A DNA stretch of 64,000 nt from NCBI GenBank assembly GCA_963788655.1, contig CAWBHS010000087.1, forward strand, positions 32,001 through 96,000. The letters are read 5' to 3'. The stretch comes from an uncultured Verrucomicrobiae bacterium (GTDB taxonomy: Bacteria > Verrucomicrobiota > Verrucomicrobiia > Limisphaerales > JAFGQR01). Positions 20,378 to 32,000 of this stretch are shown here, one piece after another (the stretch's first letter is position 1; the number at the start of each line of letters is the position of its first letter). Under the pieces are notes generated by a model. It was not told the origin of the DNA and made no database searches. It saw only the letters and a program-made list of their open reading frames with translations. A program made the translations under genes and the position numbers.

Positions 20378-20842
20378 TCAATTCAGCCAGTTCTGCATCT
20401 GGTCGAACACCATCCGCAGCATGGTGGGCAGTTCGTGGTTCTCGGTTTCGCAGACGCGCGTTTCCGATTGGAGTGGCCTGCCGTTATTCGTGGTATAGCA
20501 ATGGAATTGCCCCGGGGCGCAAATCTCGGGCGCATCGGCAACGGGCAATTCGCCAATCACCGATTGGCGAATTTGAGGATAGAGCCGGTAGAAGGTCCGG
20601 CAGCTCTTCAACATGCTCGTGCCCAGACCGCCGATGTCGCGGGATTTCAAGTCGAGCGCCACCCGCGGGATCAAGCCCGCGCCGTATTGGGCGCGATCCT
20701 CGCCGTTCTGCTCGAACTCGACCAGGTAAGCGCCCACGAGCCAGTTGCGGAGAATGAGGTGGCGGTTGACCGCGCCCGCCGCACCGGTCTGGGCCTGACG
20801 ATGGGCGTCGCTGATCGCGGTGATCAGGGCGTCGTAGTTCAT
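20378..20842 (-). pseudogene. Truncated DUF1016/YhcG N-terminal domain
   Basis: AVNRHLILRNWLVGAYLVEFEQNGEDRAQYG..FYRLYPQIRQS; similarity ends near 20510; PDDEXK domain absent. Confidence 0.75.
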
Positions 20843-20844
20843 GG

Positions 20845-21048
20845 TTAGAGCCCTCCCTCCAGGAGGTCGCGCGTGGCCTGATTCAAGTCGTTGAGATTGA
20901 TGCCCGGGCCATTGATGCCGCCGATGTAACCCGCGTTGCCGGCTTGGAGCAGATGCGGCGGGAGAGTTTGCACTTCATCAAAGATGTCCGGCCGTGCCCA
21001 GAGCGCGGTCGGGCCGGAGATTTCGAGTTGGATTCGATAGGGTTTCAT
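20845..21048 (-). pseudogene. Chimeric remnant: Cas5-like N-terminus + Cas3 Walker-B fragment + unrelated tail
   Basis: MKPYRIQLEISGPTALWARPD | IFDEVQTLPPHLLQ | AGNAGY... Confidence 0.7.
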
Positions 21049-21176
21049 GGCGTGGCGGGGTATTCGAGCCAGTGGCGAAGATGCTCCTTGAGCAATTGCC
21101 AGCGGCAGGGGTCCGGATCGGTGGTTCCGTCCGCCGTTACTGCTGTATGGGCAAAGTATTGGCCTTTGTTCTCCAC
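21045..21176 (-). pseudogene. Cas3 HD N-terminal remnant (43 aa, absent from the ORF track)
   Basis: My translation: MENKGQYFAHTAVTADGTTDPDPCRWQLLKEHLRHWLEYPATP*, matching FYAHT...WQPLSSHL of the intact Cas3. Confidence 0.75.
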
Positions 21177-21287
21177 TGTTTGCGGTTGTTTAACAGGACG
21201 GCCATGCCACCGCAAGAATTCATTATTTGAATCTATGGAACCGGGCTGAGGACAGAAGACCGAGCGATAAAGTGACCGGGCGGGTTC

Positions 21288-22367
21288 GTGCGTGTTCCAG
21301 GCTGGCCATCTGGTCCGGAGCGAGGCATCATCGCGGCTGACATTGATTCACCCAATCTGGTCATGAAGATGTTTCGATCTTATTCTGCTCAAGTAGCCGT
21401 CGGTTTGGCGGTCGGCATCGTTACTGGTTTGGCTGCTGATCGTCAGTCGCCGCCCCCGGTGCCTTCGGTCCCGGCGGATGCGGTTCGCAGCTCCGTATCC
21501 GCCGCGCCTGGATCTGCGGTAATGGTTCACCCGCTCTCCGCCGCGCGGCATCAGGAGCCGGAGCGTTCCTTTGCCTGGCCGCCGCCCAAGGCGGGCGAAC
21601 CGTTGAACGATCACGTGCTTTACCATTATTTCGAAGCGCAGGCCGGAAAGCTGATGGAGGAAGGCAAAACCAGCACCAACCTGTTGGAGCAATTGGACCG
21701 TAAATCGTGTTCGTGCTCATTGCGCGCCTCCGGACGACGGCGACTGGCGCCGGAAACAATTGTCGAGCGCGTGGAGCCGGGCGTGTTGGTGATGGGCAAG
21801 TTCTATCATTGTCCCCAGTGCAACAAGGTCCACTTTGAAACCGCCACGGGCTTCGTGTTGAGTTCGTCCGGGATGATTGCCACCTGTCTGCACGTGCTGA
21901 CCAAAGGTGAGTTGCGCGGTTTGGCGGCCATGACCCGGGACGGTCAGGTGTTCGGCGTTCGTAAGGTGTTGGCGGCCGACAAATTGAACGACCTGGCGGT
22001 GCTGCAATTGGACGGCAGCGGTTTCACGCCCTTGCCGGTTTCGACGCGAGCTCCGGCGGGGGCGCGGGTCATGGTGCTGAGTCATCCCGACCGACGGTAC
22101 TACTCAGTGACGACCGGCAATGTCTCCCGGTATTTCGTCCTGCGACTACGCGCGGGGCCGGCCACGTTCATGACCGTGACGGCTGATTTTGCCAAAGGCT
22201 CGAGCGGGGCTCCCGTCTTCAATGAATCCGGCGCGGTGGTGGGGATCGTCAACAACACCCGCAACATTTATTACGACACGGAAGACGATAAACCCGCCGA
22301 TCTCCAGATGGTCTTGAAGAATTGTACGCCCGCGGCGGCCTTGCTCAAGTTGTGCAACTCGCGATAA
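21288..22367 (+). CDS. Trypsin-like (S1) serine protease, secreted; start probably ~21363
   Basis: ATGFVLS, TCLHV, NDLAVL, KGSSGAPV catalytic-triad motifs. Confidence 0.85.
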   Translation: MRVPGWPSGPERGIIAADIDSPNLVMKMFRSYSAQVAVGLAVGIVTGLAADRQSPPPVPSVPADAVRSSVSAAPGSAVMVHPLSAARHQEPERSFAWPPPKAGEPLNDHVLYHYFEAQAGKLMEEGKTSTNLLEQLDRKSCSCSLRASGRRRLAPETIVERVEPGVLVMGKFYHCPQCNKVHFETATGFVLSSSGMIATCLHVLTKGELRGLAAMTRDGQVFGVRKVLAADKLNDLAVLQLDGSGFTPLPVSTRAPAGARVMVLSHPDRRYYSVTTGNVSRYFVLRLRAGPATFMTVTADFAKGSSGAPVFNESGAVVGIVNNTRNIYYDTEDDKPADLQMVLKNCTPAAALLKLCNSR

Positions 22368-23039
22368 GGCTTCGCTGCCACACCGGCTCGATTTTGGACA
22401 GCTTTCCGCAGATTAACCGAACCTTCGGCATTGAACGTTGTCCGGGCCTTGGGCCTTCTCTTTGACGTTTGCCTTCCCGCTGCCGGAAGCCGCGCACATC
22501 GACGTGCTTGGAAAGCTGCACGTAATCCAAACGCTGACGCGACCAGCGCCCGCTTTGCCAGAGTGGGTGGCAACCACCTACGATGCCGGCCGAATCGGAC
22601 GCAATAGATGCGCTCGAATGGCCAACCGCACTTCGCCACGGCATGGTCCATTCGATCTGCCGGCAAGATGCCGGCAGCACGTTACTTGCAGGCTGTGACG
22701 CGTTGCACGCAGCTAATAAAAATTCCGCCGGAGCCGCTTGTCGGATGCCGATATGATGGGTATGTTGTTGGCACGCAAAGCCCCGATTGTGAAAAGAATG
22801 TCGAATTGTCTAATGATACAACGGCCCTACGAACGTAAGTTCTGTCCCGAACAAGATGGTTTCCCGCACGGGATTTATGACCATTAGCACTGGGAACAGT
22901 TTTGCGGTAGTCAGGCGGCAATACGTGCCCTGTTCTTAGGCGTATTCGGTGTAACCAGCGAGTCTGTTCCAACGTCTTGCCTCACAAATCTGTGTTTTTC
23001 CGTGAAGTACAATCATGACCGTCGTCGGATAATCTCCTT

Positions 23040-26000
23040 ATGAAGCACCTGATCCCCCTCATGGCTGCGGTAGTGGCAGCCGTGATCGCCCCGTTTTCTC
23101 TGCAAGCCCAGCCCGCCAATGATAGTTTTGCGAACCGCATCGACTTGACGACGACTTCGGCGACCGGCTCCAACGAGGGAGCTGGAACTCAAAATGGCGA
23201 ACCCAACCGCATCGGCGGCGCCCGTTTTGGCGCGACGGTTTGGTGGACTTGGACCGCCGTCGTCGATGGAGAGGTGACGATTGATACTTTCGGCAGCAGC
23301 TTCAACACGGTATTGGGCGTCTATACGGGCAGCCTGGGCTCGCTAAACGAAGTGGTGTCCAATAATGACGCCACGGGAGTCAGTGACAATACCAGCCAAG
23401 TCACGTTTACCGCGCAGGCAGGCACGACTTATTTGATCATCGTTGCCGGTTGGCGGGCCAATCGCTTCAGCACCCCGGCGACCGGCACCATTCAGCTTCA
23501 TCTGGACATACCGCCCGTGGTGCCGTCCGTTGCTATCACGTCGCCGGGCAACAACAGCTTGGTCGCGGAAGACCGGGTTATTTTCCTTTACGCCCAGGCT
23601 GAGACACCCAACCCGCCCGTTACCCGCGTGGATTACTACAATGATTCGGGCCTGGTTGGCTCCGCCGTCAGCGCGCCGTACTTTGTGATGTACCGAAATG
23701 CGCCGTTGGGCACGAACCATCTCTATGCCGTAGCCACCGACAGCGCCAGTCTGACGGCGACCTCGGCCGTGGTCAACGTGGCGGTGCTGGCGGTCGGGGT
23801 GACCATTATCTCACCAGTCAACGAAACAACCTACCTGGAGGCTGCTCCCATCACCGTGGACGCCGCGACGCTGCTGTTGGCCGGCTCGATGACCAACGTG
23901 ACGTTTTTTGCGGATGATCTGCCTTTCGGTGAAGTGGACCGTAGTCCGTTTAACGCGGTGTGGTCGTCGCCCACTCCTGGGGTGCATCGTCTGACTGCCA
24001 CGGGGATGGACTCGCTCGGGCTGTCGTACACGTCCGCTCCGGTTGACATTGCCATTGCCCGGCCGTTGGTGCCACTCGGTTCCGTCTGGAAATACCTGGA
24101 CGACGGCTCGGATCAAGGCGCAGCTTGGACCGCTCCGCAATTTGATGACAGCACGTGGGCGAGTGGACCGGCGGAATTGGGTTATGGGGACGGCGATGAA
24201 GCTACACTGGTGGGCTTCGGGCCCGACGAAAACAACAGATACGTGACCACCTATTTCCGGCGCGAATTCATGGTCACCCATGTAACCAGTTACAGCAATC
24301 TGGTGTTTGGCATCCGCCGGGACGATGGGGCGGTGGTGTATTTGAACGGGGTCGAAGTCGCGCGCCAAAACATGCCGGTCGGGCCCATTGACTACTTGAC
24401 CTACGCTGCTGGCACCAGCGTTTCCGAAACCGAACTGTATCCCGCCACCGTTCCCGCCACCGCTCTGGTCGAGGGCACCAACGTGCTGGCGGTGGAAATT
24501 CACCAGGCCACCGCAGCCAGTTCGGACATCAGCTTCGAACTCCAACTGCGGGGCGTGCCGTTTGTCATCCACAATCAGCCGCCCGAGATCAGTCTCATTT
24601 CCCCGGGGGATGGAGCCTTGCTGCTGGCGCCCGCCAGTATCACGCTGACGGCCAGTGCCACGGATGCGGATGGCAGCGTGACCAATGTGCAGTTCTTCGC
24701 CGATGGCGTGAAACTGGGGGCAGCCGCGCAGGGTTCCTCCAGCTTCGTGTGGGACAATCCGCCCACTGGCTGGCATGTCGTGTACGCGTCGGCGACCGAC
24801 GATGAAGGCACCACGCGGGACTCGGTATCGGTGAGTATCTCTGTCTTTGACGCGGAGGCCACGCCGTTGGCTGAAATAACCAATCCAGCCGACGGCTTGG
24901 TATTGCAAGGGCCGACCAACCTCGCCGTAACCGCACGGGGCAGCGCACTGGCCAGTATCACCAACGTCCTCTTTTTGGCGAACGGCAGCGAAATTGGGCA
25001 GGCCACCGACGAACCCTACGGGATCATTTGGACCGACGCCGCCTTTGGCGGCCAGGACCTGGTCGCCGTGGTCGCTGACTCGCGCGGCGTACGCGGAACC
25101 TCCAGTGTGGTTCACGTCACCATCAATACTCCGCCCGTAAACAGCAATGCCCCCGTGATCGTGAATATCAGCCCCGCGGACGGAACCACGCTGGGCAGCC
25201 TCAGCCTCGTTGGCGTGACGTTCAGCGAGCCGGTATTTGGCGTGGACGCCAGCGATCTTCTGGTCAACGGGGTGCCGGCGACAGGTCTGAGCGGCAGCGG
25301 CAACTACTACACGTTCACTTTTGAGCAGCCGGCGTTAGGCGAAGTCAACTTTTCGTGGCAAACGGACCACGACATCACTGACTCGGGTTGGCCAACCTCC
25401 TTGCCGTTCGATGGCACGGCGCCCGGGGCCACCTGGACGTATCATTTGGTGGACCTGGTTCCGCCCACGGTCGTGGCGAAAAGCCCGGAACCCGGCGCCG
25501 TTCTGACCAACTTGAGCCAGGTCAGCGTGACCTTCAGCGAAGCGGTCACCGGCGTCAATGCGGCGGACTTCTTGGTCAATGGCACGCCAGCCATTGGACT
25601 GGGCGGCAGCGGCGCCAACTACACCTTCTCCTTCGCCCAACCGGCGGCGGGCATGGTCAATATTTCATGGGCGGCCAATCACGGCATTACCGACCTGGCG
25701 TCCACCCCCAACGCCTTCAATGCCGCCGGTGTGGGCGCCACGTGGAGTTATGACTTGGACAATCGCGTCATCCTGGTCGCGTCGAACAGTCTTTGGTTTT
25801 TCTTCAAGGGCACCGCCGAAGCCTCTTCGCCGTTCGATGCCTGGCGGCAAGTGGCCTTCGGCGACAGCGACTGGTCCAGCAGCCTTTCGCCGTTTTACTA
25901 CGGCACTGACCCGTATCCCACCGACGGCAATCCCGGCACCGACTTGCCGGACATGCCGGGTGGATACTCGTGTGTTTTCCTGCGGCAGGAATTCTCAATC

Positions 26001-29000
26001 GTCAACCGCGCCGCGTTTACCAACCTCTTCCTCACCGCGCAAAGCGACGACGGATTCATCGCCTGGATCAACGGGGTGGAAGTGGTGCGGTATAACATGC
26101 CGGACGGGGACATTCCTTACAACGGCGAAGCCCCATCCGCCATCAACGAGGAGCCCCAGGGCGGCGCGCCGTACCTGACTTACGATCTCCCCGATCCCAG
26201 CACCTATCTGGTGGATGGCGTCAACGTGCTGGCGGTGCAAGCGTTCAACAACCAGCCGCTCAGCAGCAGCGACTTTGGGTTCAACGCCCAATTGTACGGC
26301 TATCCCGCCGATTCCGGTGTGGTCCCGCCGAATGTCGTGGCGGTGGACCCGCCCGCCGGCAACGTGTTTTACCTCACCAACGTCACCGTCAAATTCAGCG
26401 AGGCGGTCACGGGGGTGACCGCCTCGGATCTACTCGTCAATGGCGTGCCGGCATCGGGTTTCAGCGGTGGCTCCAGCAACGACCTTTATACCTTCAGTTT
26501 CACGCAACCATTGTACGGGACAGTATCGATTACGTGGGATGTTAACCAAAGCATCATGGATTTCGATGCGGTACCCAAACCGTTCAGCGGCACGGCGCCT
26601 AGCTCCACCTGGCAATACAATCTGCTAAATCCCAATGCCCCGGTGGTAGCGGTCCAAAATCCGCTGGCCGGCGCCACGGTTTCCGAGTTGACGCAGTTGA
26701 CGGTTACGTTCAGCAAGCCCGTCACGGGGGTGGACGCCAGTGACCTGCGACTAAACGGCCAACCGGCATCTGAGGTAAGCGGATCGGATGCGACGTACAC
26801 GTTTACCTTCCCGCAACCACCATACGGTGACGTGGCCATTGGCTGGGTGACCGATCATGGCATCGCCGACTTGGAAGCACCTCCGAATGCGTTCGAGCCG
26901 AACCGGCCGGGCAGCACTTGGAACTACACGCTCATCGACCAGACTCCACCGGCCATCGCCACCCAAAGCCCCCCCGCCGGCGCGCAAGTCACCAACCTCA
27001 CGCAAATCACCGTTACGTTCACCGAGCCGGTCGAAGGCGTGAACGGGGCGGATTTGCTGATCAACGGCCTGCCCGCCAGCACGGTCAGCGGCAGCGGTGC
27101 GACTTACACCTTTAGCTTTGCCCAACCCAACGCCACGACGGTGTTAATTTCCTGGCCAAACAACCACGGCATTCACGACTTGGCGCGTAACGCCCAATTC
27201 GTTTGATGCGTCCGCTTCCGGCAGCACCTGGTCCTACACCACGCCTGACAACGTGCCGCCGGCCATCGCCACGTTGGAACCGCCGGCCAGCGCCACCGTG
27301 CGGGCGCTGGCGCAAATTTCGATTCTCTTTACGGAGCCGGTCACCGGGGTCGAAGCCAGCGACCTGTTGATTAATGGCACCGCCGCGACGTCGGTGGGCG
27401 GTGCCGACGCGGGGCCGTATCGGTTCCAATTCGCTCAGCCCCCCGTGGGGCCGGTGGAAGTGCAATGGATCTCGGGCCATGGCATCACCGATTTGGCCAT
27501 GCCCGCCGAACGCGTTTACCGGGGGCGAATGGAATTACCGCCTCGATCCCAATGCCAGTTTTGCGGACAAAATTTTGATCAACGAAGTCATGTTCAATCC
27601 GCCCTCCGGCCAGTCCGCTGACGAATGGTTGGAATTGCACAATGTCGGCGACGTGCTGGTAAACCTGAATGGTTGGCGATTCAGCCGTGGTTTGGACTTT
27701 ACCTTCCCCAATGTCGCCATTCCCGCTGACGGCTATCTCATCGTGGCCGCCAACGTTGCGGCGTTCCAGGCCAAATACCCGGCCGTCACGAACGTGGTCG
27801 GTCCCTGGACCGGTGGCCTGGCGAATTCGGATGAAACGATTGAATTGGTCACCAGCACCGGCGAATCGGTGAATCAGGTTCACTACGCGAGCGAAGGCGA
27901 TTGGGCGGTACACCAACGCGGCCGGCCCGCGCACTTGGTGACCAGCCTCACTCGCAGCGGGAACACCGCCATTGTGTACAGCCACGATCACGGTTTAACC
28001 GGCAATGATCGGGTGCTGATCATTGGCGCCGACCAACCTGAATACAACGGCCAGTTCAGCCTGAGTTCGGTCGGCGTCAGCTCGTTCAACTACTCGGTGG
28101 CGAACAATCCCGCCACCCCGGCCACCGGCAACATCATCTTCCGCCAGATTGTGGATGAAGGTGCCTCCGGGTGGTCGTGGTTCAATGCCGCCGATGGCCT
28201 GGGCAGTTCGCTCGAATTGGTGAATGCCGCCGCCTCCAATGATGCGGGTCAAAACTGGCTCGCCAGCACGACCGTAAACGGCACGCCGGGGCAGGCCAAT
28301 TCGGTGGCGCAGACCAATCAGGCGCCGTTTATCCGCGACGCCAAACATTTCCCGCTCGTTCCGCACTCGACGGACTCGGTAGCTATTACGGCCCGCGTGA
28401 GTGACGAATTGAGCAACGGCGTGGCCGAAGTCACGCTCTATTATCGCAATCATAGCAGCCGCACGCCGCCGGCGTTTTCGACGATGACGATGTTCGACGA
28501 CGGGGCGCACAACGACGCGGCCGCCGGGGACGGGATCTACGGCGCCATTCTCGGGCCCGAAGGTGACGGCACGGTCATGGAGTTCTACATCACGGCCGGC
28601 GACGTTGATGGACTGAGCCGCACTTGGCCGGCCCCCGCCTGGCAGACCGATCTCACTTACGCGCCTACCGCTAACGCGCTGTACCAGGTCGATGACACCG
28701 CCTACACCGGCTCGCTGCCGTTGCTGAAGTTGATCATGACCGAGAGCGAGCGGTATGAGTTTGCCAATATCAATCGCAACAGTGACGCCGAAATGAACAC
28801 CACCTTGGTCAGCATCGACGGTGACGGGGCGAAGCTGCGGTACAATTGCGGCTTGCGCATCCGCGGCGCGGGCACGCGCAGCCGGACCCCGCCCAATTTC
28901 CGGTTGAACATCCCCACCGACAACCGGTGGAACAATTTGAATGAGATCAATCTCAACACCCAGTTCATCCACGCGCAATTGGCCGGCAGCGCCCTGGCGC

Positions 29001-32000
29001 AACGGGCGGGCTTGGCCTGCGCGGATGCTCGCATCGTGCAGGTGCGGGTGAATGGTAGCAACCCGGTGCCCTCCAGCGCGCCCGTGAACGGCGGCGGGGC
29101 CGGCGCCGGCTACGGTTCGTTCGTTCTGGTCGAACCCATCAATGGCGACTGGGCGGGTAACCATTTACCGAACGACGGCGGCGGCAATGTCTATCGTGCC
29201 TCCACGGGAAACCATAACGCCAACTTTCCCGCGTTCGGCGACGACGGCGATTCGTATCTCAACCGCGGCTACTCCAAAACCTCCAACCAAAGCGAGTGGG
29301 ACTGGAGCGACCTGGGGCGGCTGGGCGAAACGCTGAACAACATTCCCAATGACGCGGACTACGTGGCGGCCGTAAGCACCAACATCAACGTCGAGGCCTG
29401 GGCGCGTTATTTCGCGGTGTGCGTCTATTTGGGCTACGGCGAAACAGCCTTGTGCAACGGTATTGGCGATGACTACGCCCTGTACCGCGGGGTGACCGAT
29501 CCGCGGTTCATCTTGTTGGCCCACGACTTTGACACCGTCTTCGGTGAGGGGGACAGCCCGAGCTATTGGCCGGTGCTCAATCCGAACATCTGGTTGATGC
29601 TCAATCCGCCCAATCCCAATGCCCTTAGCAATCTGACGCCGCTATTGCGACGCATGTTGCAGCACCAGGAATTCGCGCACATTTATTTTGCCGAATTGAA
29701 ACGGCTGGGCGATACCGTTTTCGCGCCCACCCAATCCAACGCGCTGCTGGAGCAACTACTGACCGGTTGGGGGCCGTCGTCACAGACCATCACCAGCATG
29801 GAAAACTATCTGAACAGCCGGCGGACCAGTATTCTCGCCCAAATTCCCTTGGAGCTGACGATCAGCCATTCGCTTGCGACCCAGAATGGTTATCTCTTTA
29901 CTTCCAATCCCACCGTATCGCTCAGCGGCAACGCCAACGCCATCGACACGCGGCAGGTGCGGGTGAACGGCCATCTGGCCACCTGGTCGGCTTACGAAGC
30001 CCGCTGGAGCAGTTCGGTGACGTTGACGCCGGGCATCAACCGCGTGCTGGTGCAATCGTTTGCTTCGAACGAGGTGGCCTTGGCGAGCGCCACCATTGAG
30101 ATTTGGTATAACAACGGCACCGTGCAGAACGTCTCCGGCACGATCAGCACCGACTCCGCCTGGAGCGCGGCTGGGGGTCCGTATCAAGTGACGGGCAGTC
30201 TTACCATTCCGTCCGGCGTTACGCTGACCATTTCGCCGGGGACGACCGTGTATCTGAACTCCGGTGTCAACCTTACGGTCGCGAGCGGTGGGCGCTTGCT
30301 GGCGGAAGGCACGGCCACGGCGCCAATTCGATTTGCCAATGCACCGGGTAGCGGCACGACCTGGGGCGGCATCACGATCAATGGCGGCGCCAGTTCGCCC
30401 GAAACGAGGATTGCTTATGCGCACTTCGAAGGCAACGGTTCGACGGCCATTCATTCTTCGGGCGGCACCGTGTTCCTCGACCACCTCACGTTTGGCTCGA
30501 CCGATCATCAATACATCTCGCTCGATGGCTCCTCATTTGTGGTCAGCAACTGCGAGTTTCCCACGCCGACCGGCTCGTTCGAACCGGTCCATGGCACCAG
30601 TGGCATTAAATCCGGTGGACGGGGCATCTTCCTGCGCAACTTCTTTGGCGCGGCAAACGGTTACAATGACGTGGTTGATTTCACCGGCGGCAACCGGCCC
30701 GGTCCCATCGTGCAATTCATCAACAACGTCTTCATTGGCAGCGGCGATGACCATCTGGATCTCGACAGCACCGACGCCTGGATCGAGGGCAACATTTTCA
30801 TGCACGCCCACAAGAATGGTTCGCCCGACACCGCCAGCGCCGTCAGTGGCGGTAACGACGACGGCCAAGCCTCGGAGATCACCATCATTGGCAACATCAT
30901 TTACGATTGCGACCAGGCCGCGATGGCCAAGCAAGGTGATTTTTACACACTGATCAACAACACCATCGTTCACCAAACCCACCAAGCCGGTTTGGATACG
31001 GCGGGTGCGGTCGTGTGCGTGGCCGACGAAGGCACCGCGCAAGCCGCGGGCATGTATCTCGAGGGGAACATCATGTACGACGTGGAGCAACTGGTGCGCA
31101 ACCAGACCACTGCCGTGGTGACGTTCACCAACAACCTGATGCCGCTGCCGTGGGCCGGTCCGGGCGGTGACAATGCGAGCGCCGATCCAATGTTGAACTA
31201 CATGTACCGCAAGTGGCCGAAACGACCTTCAGCAACTGGGCCTCGGCGCAAGTGATGTGGGATTGGTTCCGCCTGCGCTCGGGCTCCCCCGCCGCTGGCA
31301 CGGGCCCCAACGGCCGCGACCAAGGCGTTCCGCTGCAACCTTTCACCTCGTCAAGTCTTCAGCCGTTCAGCGTTTCCAGCGTGGCCCCGGTTCTTGGCGC
31401 TTCCATTGCCGGCGAACCTCAGGGTAGAACCAGTCGCTCGACGGCAACGCTGACTGTTGGCGTCGCCGCCACCGGCAATAGCATTCCGGTGGCGAGTTGG
31501 CCGAATGGCTCCGGCTACACGCACTACAAATGGCGTCTCGATTCCGGCGTGTGGAGCGCGGAAACGCCTATCACCACCCCAATTCAACTCAGCGGTCTTG
31601 GCCAGGGCATGCACCAAGTTGAAGTGGTGGGCAAACGGGACGCCAACATGTATCAGAACGATCCCGATTACGGTGGCGATGCGGTGGTCACGTTGTCGCG
31701 CACTTGGATCGTCGATGACTCCACCCCGTCGATTCGCTCTGAATGAGATTCTGGCCAGTAACTCGGGCGCCGTAACCATGAAGGCACGACGCCGGATTTG
31801 ATCGAACTTTACAATGACAGCACGGATCCCTTCGACCTGACCGGTTTGCGTTTGACGGACGATGCGCAAAACCCGGACAAGTTCACCTTCCCGGATGGCG
31901 CCTTCATCGAGGCCGGCGAGTATCTCGTGCTGTTTGCGAACAATCCGGACGGCACCACCGGTTACCACTTGGGATTCAATCTTAATCAGGACGGTGAGAC

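Noticed and set aside
22370..22700. Small gene after the protease
   Set aside because: No convincing start or motif; ends in a REP
22768..22790. Sigma-54 promoter (TGGCACG) or c-di-GMP-I riboswitch (CGCAAAGC)
   Set aside because: The -12 TTGC is absent, as is the GGCAAA/GAAA stem
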